NCBI GenBank assembly: GCA_963732995.1
Contig: CAVTBS010000009.1
Span: forward strand, 64,618-128,617
Reading direction: 5' to 3'
Length of the DNA: 64,000 nucleotides
From: an uncultured Gaiellaceae bacterium
Lineage (GTDB): Bacteria > Actinomycetota > Thermoleophilia > Gaiellales > Gaiellaceae
Below, in pieces: positions 9,489 through 19,788 of this stretch (the stretch's first letter is position 1; each line of letters opens with the position of its first letter). Under the pieces are notes generated by a model. The model had not been told where the DNA came from, made no database searches, and worked only from the letters and a program-made list of their open reading frames with translations. Position numbers and translations under genes: made by a program.

Positions 9489-10709
9489 TCAGCCCGGCGC
9501 GGCCGCCGCGTCGCGGGCGATGTCGCGTCGATACTGCGCGCCGTCGAACCGGATCCGCTCGCAGCCCGCATACGCGCGGTCGCGGGCGTCGGCCAGTGTC
9601 GGCCCCGTTGCCGTGACGCCGAGAATCCGGCCGCCGTTCGTCACCAGCCGGTCGCCGCGGAGCGCGGTTCCGGCGTGGAAGACGACCGCGCCGGCGGCCT
9701 CTACGTCCTCGATGCCCTCGATCACCGCTCCGGTGCCCGTGCGCTCGGGGTAGCCGTCGGCGGCCAGGACGACCGTCACCGCCGCGTCCTCCGAGACTGC
9801 GAGCTCGACGCCCGCCAGGTCGCCGCCGGCGGCCGCGGCAAGCGCACCGAGCAGATCGCCGTCCAGCAGCGGCAGAATCGACTGCGTCTCGGGATCGCCG
9901 AAGCGGGCGTTGTACTCGAGCACCTTCGGCCCGGAGTCGGTCAGCATCACGCCGGCGAAGAGGACGCCGACGAACGGCGCCCCGCGCCGGGAGAGCTCCT
10001 CGACCACCGGCCGGTGCAGCTGCTCGACGAGCTCGGCCACCTCGGCCGCCCCGAAGCCGGGGACGGGCGAGAACGAGCCCATCCCGCCGGTGTTCGGGCC
10101 GGTGTCGCCGTCGCCGATCCGCTTGAAGTCCTGCGCCGGCGGCAGCGGGAGCACGTCGCGGCCGTCCGAGAGCGCGAAGATCGAGATCTCGTCCCCGGCG
10201 AGGAGCTCCTCGATCACGATCGGGCCGTCGAACGCGGCTGCGGCGCGGAGGCCCTCGTCGAGCGCCTCCGCGGTCTCGCAGATGAAGACCCCCTTGCCTG
10301 CGGCGAGGCCGTCGACCTTGACGACGCACGGTGGGCGGGCGACGGCGAGCGCCTCGGCCATCGGGACGCCGGCAGCCGCCATCACCTCCTTCGCGAAGGT
10401 CTTCGATCCCTCGATCCGGGCTGCGGCCCGGCCCGGCCCGAAGACCGCGATCCCGTTCTTGCGGAGCGCGTCGGCGACGCCGGCCACGAGCGGCGCCTCC
10501 GGGCCGATCACCGCCAGGTCGGCGTCGAGACTGCGGGCGAGGCCGAGCAGTGCCTCCGCGTCGTCAGCACGGACGGGATGGCAGTCGCCGAGGGCCGCGA
10601 TCCCTGGGTTGCCGGGCGCCGCGTGCAGTCCGGTCAGCCCGGGCGCCTGCGCCAGTTTCCACGCGAGCGCATGCTCGCGGCCTCCGGATCCGACGAGAAG
10701 CACCTTCAC
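9489..10709 (-). CDS. purD: phosphoribosylamine--glycine ligase
   Basis: MKVLLVGSGGREHALAWKL... with ATP-grasp motifs along the full length. Confidence 0.95.
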   Translation of the reverse strand: MKVLLVGSGGREHALAWKLAQAPGLTGLHAAPGNPGIAALGDCHPVRADDAEALLGLARSLDADLAVIGPEAPLVAGVADALRKNGIAVFGPGRAAARIEGSKTFAKEVMAAAGVPMAEALAVARPPCVVKVDGLAAGKGVFICETAEALDEGLRAAAAFDGPIVIEELLAGDEISIFALSDGRDVLPLPPAQDFKRIGDGDTGPNTGGMGSFSPVPGFGAAEVAELVEQLHRPVVEELSRRGAPFVGVLFAGVMLTDSGPKVLEYNARFGDPETQSILPLLDGDLLGALAAAAGGDLAGVELAVSEDAAVTVVLAADGYPERTGTGAVIEGIEDVEAAGAVVFHAGTALRGDRLVTNGGRILGVTATGPTLADARDRAYAGCERIRFDGAQYRRDIARDAAAAPG

Positions 10710-10760
10710 CGCGGGCCGAGTCTACTGTCCGCTCCGGTTGATTTCGTGGCCGCGGGCGAG

Positions 10761-12071
10761 CTAGACGACGCGGGCGAGCGCCTCGACGACAGCCGGGTCG
10801 AAGTGCGTCCCCGAGCAACGGCGCAGTTCCGCGAGCGCCTCCTCGGGCGTGCGACCGGCTCGGTAGGGACGGTCGGTCGTGATCGCGTTGTAGGCGTCAC
10901 AGCAGCAGACGATCCGGGCGACGTACGGGATCTCGACGCCGGCGAGTCCGTCCGGATACCCGCCGCCGTCGTAGCGCTCATGGCACGAGCGGACGAGGTG
11001 GCCGACGTTGCCGAGCACGCCGCCGACCTTGTCGAGCATCTCCTCGCCGATCAGGGTGTGCGTCTCGACGATCGCGCGCTCTTCGGGGGTGAGCGGGCCG
11101 GGCTTGTTGATGATCTCGTTCGGGATGCGGATCTTGCCGACGTCGTGCAGCAGCGCCACGAACTCCGTATCGCGGCGCGCACGGCCGTCGAGCTTCAGCT
11201 CGTCGGCGACCGCGACCGAGAGTGAGACGACGTCGCGGCTGTGGGAGCCGGTGTAGCTGTCGTCGGCCTCGACGACGTCGCCGAGCAGGAGCGCCGTGCC
11301 GCGATAGGCGTGACTGAGCTCGAGCGCGTGGTCGACGCGGCTGCGGCGCTCGCGGGCGAAGGTGCGCAGGAGCGCGACGAGGGGGAGCACGAGCAGGAAC
11401 GCGCCGTCGTGCTCGGTCGCGACCACCGCTGCCAGCAGCGCGACGGGCGCGAGCGCGGCATCGACCATCCAGGCGACCGAGAGAGGTTTGATGAATGCGC
11501 GCGGAGAGAGGCCGAGGGCGACCCGGGTATGCGTCGCGGCGTTGACGAAGTCGGCGCCGAACTGCGCGGCGAGGGCGCCGAGCAGCACAACGGCTCCTGC
11601 CTCCTGCGGGCTCGGATCGCCGGCAGCGAGGAGCACGAGCACCGGGCCGAGCGAGTAGACGGCCTCGCCGAGCCTGCCGAGCACGCGCTCGACGCGGATG
11701 CGGCCGTCGAGCAGCTCGAGCACGTTTCCGAGCATGATCCCGGCGGCGACGCAGAGCGGGACAAGGCCGAGCGGGACGAGAAACAGCATCGGCACGAACA
11801 CGAGCTGCGTCGGGGTGGCGAGCCCAGGGCCGACCTCGAACTCGACGTTGTAGGCGAGCGCGTAGGCGCCGACGAGCGCGACGAGCAGGAGCGGGGACGA
11901 GAGCTCCGTCGCCGAGTCGAGCCGGAATGCGAGCGGAACCGCGACCGCAAGGAAGAGGCCGCCGGTGATGACACTGGCCCACAGCTCGCGGCTGCCGAGC
12001 CGCGCCTGCCGGCGCGCCCGCATGTCCTCGAGTTGGATCTCGGTGGTCGGATCGAGCTCCGCCGTGCTCAC
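10761..12071 (-). CDS. membrane-bound HD-GYP domain phosphodiesterase
   Basis: N-terminal polytopic membrane region. C-terminus has HSRDV...LLHDVGKIRIP...HERYDGGGYPDGL (HD and GYP motifs). Confidence 0.88.
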   Translation of the reverse strand: MSTAELDPTTEIQLEDMRARRQARLGSRELWASVITGGLFLAVAVPLAFRLDSATELSSPLLLVALVGAYALAYNVEFEVGPGLATPTQLVFVPMLFLVPLGLVPLCVAAGIMLGNVLELLDGRIRVERVLGRLGEAVYSLGPVLVLLAAGDPSPQEAGAVVLLGALAAQFGADFVNAATHTRVALGLSPRAFIKPLSVAWMVDAALAPVALLAAVVATEHDGAFLLVLPLVALLRTFARERRSRVDHALELSHAYRGTALLLGDVVEADDSYTGSHSRDVVSLSVAVADELKLDGRARRDTEFVALLHDVGKIRIPNEIINKPGPLTPEERAIVETHTLIGEEMLDKVGGVLGNVGHLVRSCHERYDGGGYPDGLAGVEIPYVARIVCCCDAYNAITTDRPYRAGRTPEEALAELRRCSGTHFDPAVVEALARVV

Positions 12072-12221
12072 AAAGTGGATATCGGAACGAGCTCGGCCCC
12101 GGGTTCACTCCATCGAGGGATTCTGCGACCTAGCCGCTCCTTCACCCCTGCGGGGGATTGTCCGAACGCCGCCCCCGGCGACACTGCGACGGCGGCGGCA
12201 ACAAAAGGGAGAGGGCGAGTG

Positions 12222-12872
12222 ATGAGAGCTGTGGGCACGTTCAAGGGCATCAGGTGCGTAGTGGTGATCGCGGGGGCGCTTGCCGTCCTGGCGGCGGCGA
12301 GCGCATCACCGGCACGCGCGGGCGACGGATCGTTGCTCGGCTGCGGCTACGCGCCCGTCCATCCGTTCCTGCAGTGGCTCGACCCTCTCCCGTATACGTT
12401 GCTCCCGGGCGGCGACTTCGAGTCGGGCGCGGCCGGGTGGACGCTGACGGGCGGCGCACGGGTCGCGGACGGCAACGAGCCGTTCTTCGTCACCAAGCGC
12501 ACCGACTCGCGCTCGCTGCTGCTGCCTCCGGGCAGCTCGGCGACGAGCCCGCCGATGTGCATGGGCCTCCTACTTCCGGTCGTCCGCTACGTCTCCACCG
12601 GCGGCAACCTGCTCTCGTACATGCGGGTCGAGGCGGTCTACAAGGATCCGAGAGGGCGCGAGCGGTCGATCGACCTGCTGCCGCCGGGGCTGCCCAGCAA
12701 GTCCTGGGCGCCGAGTCTGCCGGCGCTCCAGCTGATGGGGCTGCTCAACGTGCTGACGCTGGACGGGCTCACATCCGACATCGCGCTGCGCTTCACCCCG
12801 AAGGGGACGGTCTTCGGCAGCGGCACCTGGCGGGTCGACGACATCTACGTCGATCCCTGGAAGGTCGTCTAG
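12222..12872 (+). CDS. hypothetical secreted protein
   Basis: AAAAGGGAGAGGG SD-like stretch before ATG 12222. Signal peptide ...AAASASPARA. High GC3. The listed ORF 11241..12872 is over-extended. Confidence 0.7.
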   Translation: MRAVGTFKGIRCVVVIAGALAVLAAASASPARAGDGSLLGCGYAPVHPFLQWLDPLPYTLLPGGDFESGAAGWTLTGGARVADGNEPFFVTKRTDSRSLLLPPGSSATSPPMCMGLLLPVVRYVSTGGNLLSYMRVEAVYKDPRGRERSIDLLPPGLPSKSWAPSLPALQLMGLLNVLTLDGLTSDIALRFTPKGTVFGSGTWRVDDIYVDPWKVV

Positions 12873-12875
12873 CCG

Positions 12876-14150
<1,275 letters not shown>

Positions 14151-14171
14151 CCCGCGATCATGCCCGATCTC

Positions 14172-14378
14172 CTACATGCGCAGTCCGGCCGGCTCGTCGA
14201 GTGCCCGAACGACGCTGATCGGGTGCCCGCGCGTGCAGCAGGTCGCCGTGTGGTCGCGCTCGAGCTCCAGCCGTCCCTCCACCCGCGCGCCGAGATACCC
14301 GTGCTCGGCGGCGCACTCCTCGCAGACGACGGTGTACGACGTCGCCCGCGCTGCCAGCCAGATCGTCTGGTCGATCAT
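14172..14378 (-). CDS. small Cys/His-containing hypothetical protein (68 aa)
   Basis: AAGGAG SD 6 nt upstream of ATG 14378. High GC3. Motifs CEEC...CCTRGH. Lies downstream of the loader-like gene. Confidence 0.6.
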   Translation of the reverse strand: MIDQTIWLAARATSYTVVCEECAAEHGYLGARVEGRLELERDHTATCCTRGHPISVVRALDEPAGLRM

Positions 14379-14403
14379 GTCGTGCTCCTTTCGACCCCTG
14401 TTG

Positions 14404-15120
14404 TCATGCTGCACCGAGTGCCCGGTAGTCGTTCGTCGGGGTGAGCCTCACCTCCTGACAGAGCCTGCGGAGGCGGCTTGCGATCGGCTTCCCGACCCGG
14501 TCGTCGAGCTCGCCGAGGGTCAGGTTCGTGGTCACGATCGTCAGCGAGCGGGACGACTCGCGTTCGTTGACGAGGCTGTAGAGCCGCCCCCGCGACCAGT
14601 CGTCCGGCTTCTCGTTGCCGAGATCGTCGAGCACGACGATCTTGAAGCCGCGCGGGAAGCTCCAGTGCAGCTCCTCGCCGTCCAGCTGCTGGCTGCGCAG
14701 GTCGCGCAGGCGCTGCAGCCACGTCGGCACGTTGATGAAGAGGCTCGCCGACTCCTGCATGTACGCCGCCTCGCGCAGGATCGCGATCGCGAGGTGCGTC
14801 TTGCCCGCGCCGGGCGGCCCGTGCAGGAGCAGCCCGCGGCTCGGCCGGCGCCCCTGGCGCACCTCCTTGGACAGGTTCATCGCCTGCGCCAGCGCGTCGC
14901 CCGTGCCGGGCACGCGCTGGAAGGTCGCGAACGAGCAGTCGCGGTAGGCCGGCGGCACGCCCGTACGGGTGAACCTCGCAGCCGCCTGGCTCTCGGCCAG
15001 CTCCACTTCCTCGGCCTGGCGGCAGACCTCGCAGTAGCGGCTGCCGGGGAACGTGAAGTGCAGGACCTTGACCTCGATCGTCTCGAAGTCGCAGCCGCAC
15101 TTGAGGCAGGTCGCCTTCAC
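14404..15120 (-). CDS. DnaC/DnaI/IstB-like AAA+ ATPase with N-terminal zinc-ribbon (putative helicase loader)
   Basis: GTG 15120 overlaps the dnaB stop (GTGA). CLKCGC...CEVC cysteines at the N-terminus. Walker A GPPGAGKTHLA and Walker B VVLDDLG. Confidence 0.8.
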   Translation of the reverse strand: MKATCLKCGCDFETIEVKVLHFTFPGSRYCEVCRQAEEVELAESQAAARFTRTGVPPAYRDCSFATFQRVPGTGDALAQAMNLSKEVRQGRRPSRGLLLHGPPGAGKTHLAIAILREAAYMQESASLFINVPTWLQRLRDLRSQQLDGEELHWSFPRGFKIVVLDDLGNEKPDDWSRGRLYSLVNERESSRSLTIVTTNLTLGELDDRVGKPIASRLRRLCQEVRLTPTNDYRALGAA

Positions 15121-16526
15121 GCGGCGCGGTGGTCGGAGAACTTCGCGTACCGCTTGACGAAGTTGAGCTTGATCGTCTCGGTCGGTCCGTTCCGGTGCTT
15201 GGCGACGTGCACCTCGGCGAGGCCCTGCTGCTCCGACTCCTCGCCGTTGTAGTACTCGTCGCGGTAGATGAACATGACGAGGTCGGCGTCCTGCTCGATG
15301 CTGCCGCTCTCGCGCAGGTCGGAGAGCACCGGCCGCTTGTCGGTGCGCTGCTCGACGGCGCGGGAGAGCTGCGAGAGCGCGATGATCGGCACGTCCAGGT
15401 CCTTGGCGAGCGCCTTCAGGCCGCGGGAGAGCGACGAGACCTCCTGCAGGCGGCTCTCGACGCTGCCGCCCATCGCCATCAGCTGCAGGTAGTCGACGAC
15501 GATCATCCCGAGATCCGGCTTGCGCCGCTTCAGCGTCTGGGCGCGGGAGCGGAGCTCGAAGAGGGTCAGACCGGGCGTGTCGTCGAGGTAGAGCGGCACC
15601 TGCTCGAGCGAGGCGCACGCCTTCGAGAGCCGCGACCAGTCCTCCTCGGCGAGCTTCCCCGTCCTGATCTTGTGCGAGTCGATCTTCCCCTCGAGGCAGA
15701 TCAGGCGCTGCGTCACCTCCTGCTTCGACATCTCGAGCGTGAAGAAGGCGCAGGGCGTGCCCGTGCGGACGACGTTGGCGGCGATGCTGATCCCGAGGGC
15801 GCTCTTCCCCATCGAGGGGCGGGCGGCAAGGATGATCAGGTTCCCGGGCTGGAAGCCGGCCGTCACCGCGTCGAGCTCGGAGAAGCCGCTCGAGACGCCG
15901 GTGACGGAGGCGCCCTGCTCGTAGAGATGGCTGACGCGCTCGAACGTCTCCACCAGGGCCTCCTGGAGCGAGCGGAGCTCGCCCGGGCTGCCGGCCTGGC
16001 TGACCTCGAACAGGACCTGCTCGGCCTTCGAGATCAGGTGGTTCGTCTCGTCGCCCCGGTCGTCGGCGAGCCTCGTGATCTCGCGGCCCGCGTCGGAGAG
16101 GCGGCGGATCAGCGAGTGGTCGCGGACGATCAGCGCGTAGTGGCCGGCGTTACCGGACGCGGACGCCCACGCGGCGATCTCGTGGATCTTGCCGCGCCCG
16201 CCGACGAGCTCGAGCTGGCCCTCCTCCTCGAGCTTCGCCGTGACGGTGATCGCGTCGACCGGCTCGCCGCGCTCGAAGAGCCCGCGGGCGACGTCGAAGA
16301 TGACGCCGTGCGTGCGCCGGTAGAAGTCGGACGCCTTCAGATGCTCGCTCACGGCTGCGATCGCGGTCGGCGCGAGCAGCATCGCGCTCAGCACCGACAT
16401 CTCCGCATCCAGGTCGTGTGAAGGCACGTGGGGAGACTGGGCCCCCACCGGGGGCATGGGTGCGACCTGGGCCATTGCGCCCATTACAGCGGCCGTGGCG
16501 GACGGCCTCAACGGCTGGGGATTCAC
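15117..16526 (-). CDS. dnaB: replicative DNA helicase DnaB
   Basis: DLDAEMSVLSAMLL... N-terminal domain and RecA-like domain (ARPSMGKSALG, VVDYLQLM). No intein-sized insertion. The start may be an internal Met up to about 17 codons downstream. Confidence 0.93.
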   Translation of the reverse strand: MNPQPLRPSATAAVMGAMAQVAPMPPVGAQSPHVPSHDLDAEMSVLSAMLLAPTAIAAVSEHLKASDFYRRTHGVIFDVARGLFERGEPVDAITVTAKLEEEGQLELVGGRGKIHEIAAWASASGNAGHYALIVRDHSLIRRLSDAGREITRLADDRGDETNHLISKAEQVLFEVSQAGSPGELRSLQEALVETFERVSHLYEQGASVTGVSSGFSELDAVTAGFQPGNLIILAARPSMGKSALGISIAANVVRTGTPCAFFTLEMSKQEVTQRLICLEGKIDSHKIRTGKLAEEDWSRLSKACASLEQVPLYLDDTPGLTLFELRSRAQTLKRRKPDLGMIVVDYLQLMAMGGSVESRLQEVSSLSRGLKALAKDLDVPIIALSQLSRAVEQRTDKRPVLSDLRESGSIEQDADLVMFIYRDEYYNGEESEQQGLAEVHVAKHRNGPTETIKLNFVKRYAKFSDHRAA

Positions 16527-16568
16527 AGGCGACTGTGGGAAGTGAAGCCGCCGTCCTGCAGGAGAAAG

Positions 16569-16582
16569 AGAACGCGCGTTCG
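16569..16582. promoter_or_regulatory. SOS-box-like palindrome AGAACGCGCGTTCG upstream of dnaB
   Basis: GAAC-N4-GTTC core, the same architecture as the lexA operator at 48120..48134. These are the only two GAAC-N4-GTTC instances I found. Confidence 0.35.
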
Positions 16583-16586
16583 CGAG

Positions 16587-16688
16587 TTCTCCACAGCAAA
16601 CCGAGCCCCGGTGCCACCACTGTCCACAACAGCCGTGGCCGCTTAGAGCGGGAAGTTCACAGAGCGCTCCACAGGCCTGTGGAGCGCT
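16587..16688. promoter_or_regulatory. cluster of DnaA-box-like motifs in the rplI-dnaB intergenic region
   Basis: TTCTCCACA (16587-95), CTGTCCACA (16620-28), CGCTCCACA (16665-73) and its inverted copy TGTGGAGCG (16678-86), compared with the actinobacterial TT(G/C)TCCACA consensus. Confidence 0.35.
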
Positions 16689-16693
16689 CTGTG
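16658..16693 (-). terminator. 36-bp perfect palindrome, probable terminator of the rpsF-ssb-rpsR-rplI operon
   Basis: CACAGAGCGCTCCACAGG/CCTGTGGAGCGCTCTGTG, verified self-complementary. Begins 5 nt beyond the rplI stop. No U-tract. Confidence 0.5.
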
Positions 16694-16698
16694 CATGA

Positions 16699-17460
16699 CT
16701 ACTGCTGCTCGGCCTCCGCGGCGGGCTCGGGCTCGCCGTCGGCAGCCTCGGGCTCGCCGTCAGCGGCCTCGGCGACCGGCTCAGGCCCGGCTTCCAGGTC
16801 CGCCTCTGCCTCCGGGTCCGCCTCTGCCTCCGCGTCCGGCGCGGTCTCCGCGTCGGCCTCCGGGGCGGCGGCTTCCTCCTCCTCGGCGGCGAGCTCGGCC
16901 TCGACGATCTGCTCGGCCTCGGCCCGGTGCGCCTCCGCCTCGGCCTCCTTCGCGGCCTCGGCCTCGGCCTCGGCGGCCTCCATCGCGGCCAGCTCCTCCT
17001 CGGGCGGCAGCTCGCCGCCCTCGGGGACGACCAGCGTCTTCACGTCGACGGTGACGTCCTCGAAGATCTGGATCGGGATCGCGTAGCGGCCGATCCGCCG
17101 GATCGAGTCGGTGCCGATCTTCTTCCGGTCGACCCGGATCTTGCGCGTGCGCCAGAGCTCGTCGGCGATGTCGGTCGTCGTCACCGAGCCGAAGAGCGCG
17201 CCCGTCGGCCCCGACTTGACGTCGAAGCTGAGCACCGTCTTCCGGAGCACGTCGGCGATCTCGTTCGCCTGCTCGACCGAGCGGGCCTCGTGGCGGGCGC
17301 GCTGGTCGTCGAGCCGCTTCAGCTCGGCGACGCGGCCCGCGGTGGCCGGCTCGGCGAGCCGGCGCGGGAGCAGGAAGTTGCGCGCGTAGCCGCGCGCGAC
17401 GTTCACGACCTCGCCGCGCAGCCCCACCTTGTCGACGTCCGAGAGCAGGATGACTTCCAT
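16699..17460 (-). CDS. rplI: 50S ribosomal protein L9 with about 100-aa acidic Ala/Glu/Pro-rich C-terminal extension
   Basis: [33 protein letters not shown] is a canonical L9 N-terminus. ATG 17460 overlaps the rpsR stop by 1 nt. Confidence 0.92.
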   Translation of the reverse strand: MEVILLSDVDKVGLRGEVVNVARGYARNFLLPRRLAEPATAGRVAELKRLDDQRARHEARSVEQANEIADVLRKTVLSFDVKSGPTGALFGSVTTTDIADELWRTRKIRVDRKKIGTDSIRRIGRYAIPIQIFEDVTVDVKTLVVPEGGELPPEEELAAMEAAEAEAEAAKEAEAEAHRAEAEQIVEAELAAEEEEAAAPEADAETAPDAEAEADPEAEADLEAGPEPVAEAADGEPEAADGEPEPAAEAEQQ

Positions 17461-17726
17461 CAGCGCGGCTCCACGTACGGCAGGAGCGCCATCTCGCGCG
17501 CCCGCTTGACGGCGACCGCGACCTGGCGCTGGTGGCGGCGGCAGGCGCCGGTGATGCGGCGGTTGCGGATCTTCCCCTTCTCCGAGATGTAGCGCCGGAG
17601 CTGGTTCAGGTTCTTGTAGTCGACCTCTTCGACCTTGTCCTTGCAGAAGAGGCAGCTCTTGCGCCGCCCGGGGGCGAGCGACGAGCCGGGACGCTTGCGC
17701 GTCTGCTGGGTTTTCGGCTGTGCCAT
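17460..17726 (-). CDS. rpsR: 30S ribosomal protein S18
   Basis: [36 protein letters not shown] matches S18. Confidence 0.95.
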   Translation of the reverse strand: MAQPKTQQTRKRPGSSLAPGRRKSCLFCKDKVEEVDYKNLNQLRRYISEKGKIRNRRITGACRRHQRQVAVAVKRAREMALLPYVEPR

Positions 17727-17737
17727 CTGTGTCTCTC

Positions 17738-18172
17738 CTAGAAGGGAATGTCGTCGTCGGCCGCGGCGGCCGGGAAGTCGGGGGACGCGGTCTGCGCGGC
17801 GCCGGCCGGCACGAACTGGCCGCCGGAGCCGTCGCCGCCGTCACGGCCGCCGAGGAACTGGACGTTGTCTGCGACGACCTCGACGGACTGACGCTTCGTC
17901 CCGTCCTGGGCGTCCCACTCGCGCCACGTCAGCTTGCCCTGGACGCCCACGGGGCGGCCCTTGGCGAGGTACTGGGCGCAGTTCTCCGCGGTCCGGCCCC
18001 ACACCGTCACGTCGAAGTAGTAGGCGGCATCCGTCCACTCCTCGCCGCGCTTGACGCGGTCGTTGACGGCGATCCGGAGCGTGGTCACGGCAGTGCCCGA
18101 CGGCGTGTGCCGGAGCTCGGGATCCTTGGTCAGGTTGCCGACGAGGACGACGCTGTTGATGTTCTGGGCCAT
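17738..18172 (-). CDS. ssb: single-stranded DNA-binding protein
   Basis: [26 protein letters not shown]... OB fold, Gly-rich linker and C-terminal DDDIPF tip. Confidence 0.95.
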   Translation of the reverse strand: MAQNINSVVLVGNLTKDPELRHTPSGTAVTTLRIAVNDRVKRGEEWTDAAYYFDVTVWGRTAENCAQYLAKGRPVGVQGKLTWREWDAQDGTKRQSVEVVADNVQFLGGRDGGDGSGGQFVPAGAAQTASPDFPAAAADDDIPF

Positions 18173-18543
18173 TACTCCTCCTCCAGCGAGCTGTCGATCG
18201 GGTCGGCGACATCCTCGCGCGCGGGGCCGCCCACCGCTACTGGCTGAGTCGAACCCGGCTTGTAGCGACGGGTGGCCAGGTGCCGCATCACGTCGTCGTC
18301 GATCTTGAGCACGCGCGAGATCTCGTCGAGCGTGTCGCCGTCGGCGCTGAACGAGAGCAGGTGGTAGGCGCCGTCGCCCTTCTTGTCGATCTCGTACGCG
18401 AGCTTGCGGCGGCCCCAGGCGTCCTGGCCGTCCCACGTTCCCCCGCCCTTCTCGACGAGGTCGCGCGTGCGCTTGACGATCTCCTCCTGCCGCTCCTCGG
18501 GCAGGTCGGGGTCCAGCATGAGCAGAATCTCGTAGTCGGTCAC
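18172..18543 (-). CDS. rpsF: 30S ribosomal protein S6
   Basis: TDYEILLMLDPDL...RKLAYEI motif. GGAAGGAG SD before GTG 18543. Confidence 0.93.
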   Translation of the reverse strand: MTDYEILLMLDPDLPEERQEEIVKRTRDLVEKGGGTWDGQDAWGRRKLAYEIDKKGDGAYHLLSFSADGDTLDEISRVLKIDDDVMRHLATRRYKPGSTQPVAVGGPAREDVADPIDSSLEEE

Positions 18544-18662
18544 GTTCCCGGTCTCCTTCCGTCGGGCTTCCCCTGGTCTTAGGCGGCCTCGCCGGCAAGC
18601 GTGAGCGGGAACGGCGCACGCGATGACGAGGCAGGAAGCGCCGACAGGTTAGCATCGAGCCC

Positions 18663-19037
18663 ATGGGACGGCTGCTCACCGGGATCGCCGGCGCCCTCGG
18701 GCTGGCCTGGCTCTGGCGCCACCTCCGCAAGGAGCATGCCGGGCAGCAGCCCCGTCCGGACGCCGGTCCCGACCCGGCCGCGGAGCTGCGCGAGAAGCTC
18801 GCGCAGGCGCGCGAGGCCCCCGACGACCGGGACGAGTTCGACTCGGCCGAGGGCCAGCCGGTCGACGAGATCGAACGCCCACCGCCCGCGACGGCCGCGG
18901 CGGAGATCGAGGCGGAGGAGGAGCCCGAGGCCGACTCCGAGGAGTCGGCGCTCTCGCTCGACGAGCGGCGCCGCGCGATCCACGAGAAGGCGCAGCAGGC
19001 GCTCGGCGAGATGAACCGCCCCGGCGCGGACGACTAG
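18663..19037 (+). CDS. hypothetical protein with N-terminal TM and acidic tail
   Basis: Listed ORF with high GC3. N-terminal LLTGIAGALGLAWLW, then a Pro/Glu-rich region. Confidence 0.55.
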   Translation: MGRLLTGIAGALGLAWLWRHLRKEHAGQQPRPDAGPDPAAELREKLAQAREAPDDRDEFDSAEGQPVDEIERPPPATAAAEIEAEEEPEADSEESALSLDERRRAIHEKAQQALGEMNRPGADD

Positions 19038-19097
19038 TCGCCGGACCGTAAAAGCGCCTGAGCAGGCTTCTTCGCTCCGGCGGCATACTTCAGAGGG

Positions 19098-19788
19098 ATG
19101 AGCAAGCTGCCCCGGACGGACGATCTGCCCCGCACGGGCGCGGGGTACGACGCGGCCCGGGTCGAGGAGGCGTTCAGCGCCTTCGCCGACCGCGTGCACG
19201 AGCTGGAGGTCGTCGCGGGCGAGCTCCGCGCCGAGCTGCAGTCGCTCCGCGCCGAGCGGGCAGCCGCCGCCGCGCGTCGACGACGAGCACTGGCCGGTCG
19301 AGCCCGGCGCGCACCCCTCTCCCGACTGGGTCGCCGCCGTCCCGCCGCCCGTCGTCCGCGGAGTCACGGTCCCGCGGCTCGTGCTCGAAGGCGCTTTCCT
19401 GCTCCTCGTCGCTCTCTTCGCGGGGCTTGCCGATCTCTCGACCGAGTGGATCGTGATCGTGATGGTCGCCGCGTGGGCGCTCGTCGCGGTCTCCGAGTGG
19501 GCCGCGGCCGCCAAGCGCGCCCGCTGGCGCCTGGACGAGATCGCGCCGCCGCTCGCGGCCGAGGCCGCCGACACGACCGGGCCGTGGGACATGCCGGTCG
19601 TCCAGGCGACCGTGGTCGAGTCGGCGCCGGACCCGGAGTCGAAGACGATCGTGACGAAGCTGCCGGCGGAGCTCGCGGCCGAGCCGGAGCCCGCGGCCGA
19701 GCCGGAGGAGGCACCGAAGCGCCGCCGCGGTCTGCGGCGTCGGAAGCAGCCCGCCGAGGCAGGCGCCGCCGATCCCTGGGAGGCGTGA
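19098..19788 (+). pseudogene. DivIVA-domain membrane protein, frame-disrupted as assembled (+1 near 19255-19262)
   Basis: Frame 0 gives MSKLPRTDDLPRTGAGYDAARVEEAFSAFADRVHELE...LRAER, then Arg-rich junk. Frame 1 continues as QPPPRVDDEHWPVEPG...LVLEGAFLLLVALFAG (TM) to stop 19788. Frame 1 has no start before GTG 19381. Confidence 0.6.

Noticed and set aside
8142-11225. 1027-aa ORF on the + strand, and similar giants: 463..2184, 3983..5977, 19364..20686, 35388.., 39340..40827 and 62414..63229
   Set aside because: They are antisense to well-supported genes (purB/purD, copCD, Ku, the SBP and others). Their composition is Arg/Asp/Gly/Pro-rich junk and no family motifs are present. This is the usual long shadow ORF artefact of high-GC DNA.
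18544-18662. Possible rpsF (S6:S18) autoregulatory leader RNA upstream of rpsF
   Set aside because: I could not identify the conserved motif by eye with any confidence. It needs an Rfam covariance-model scan.
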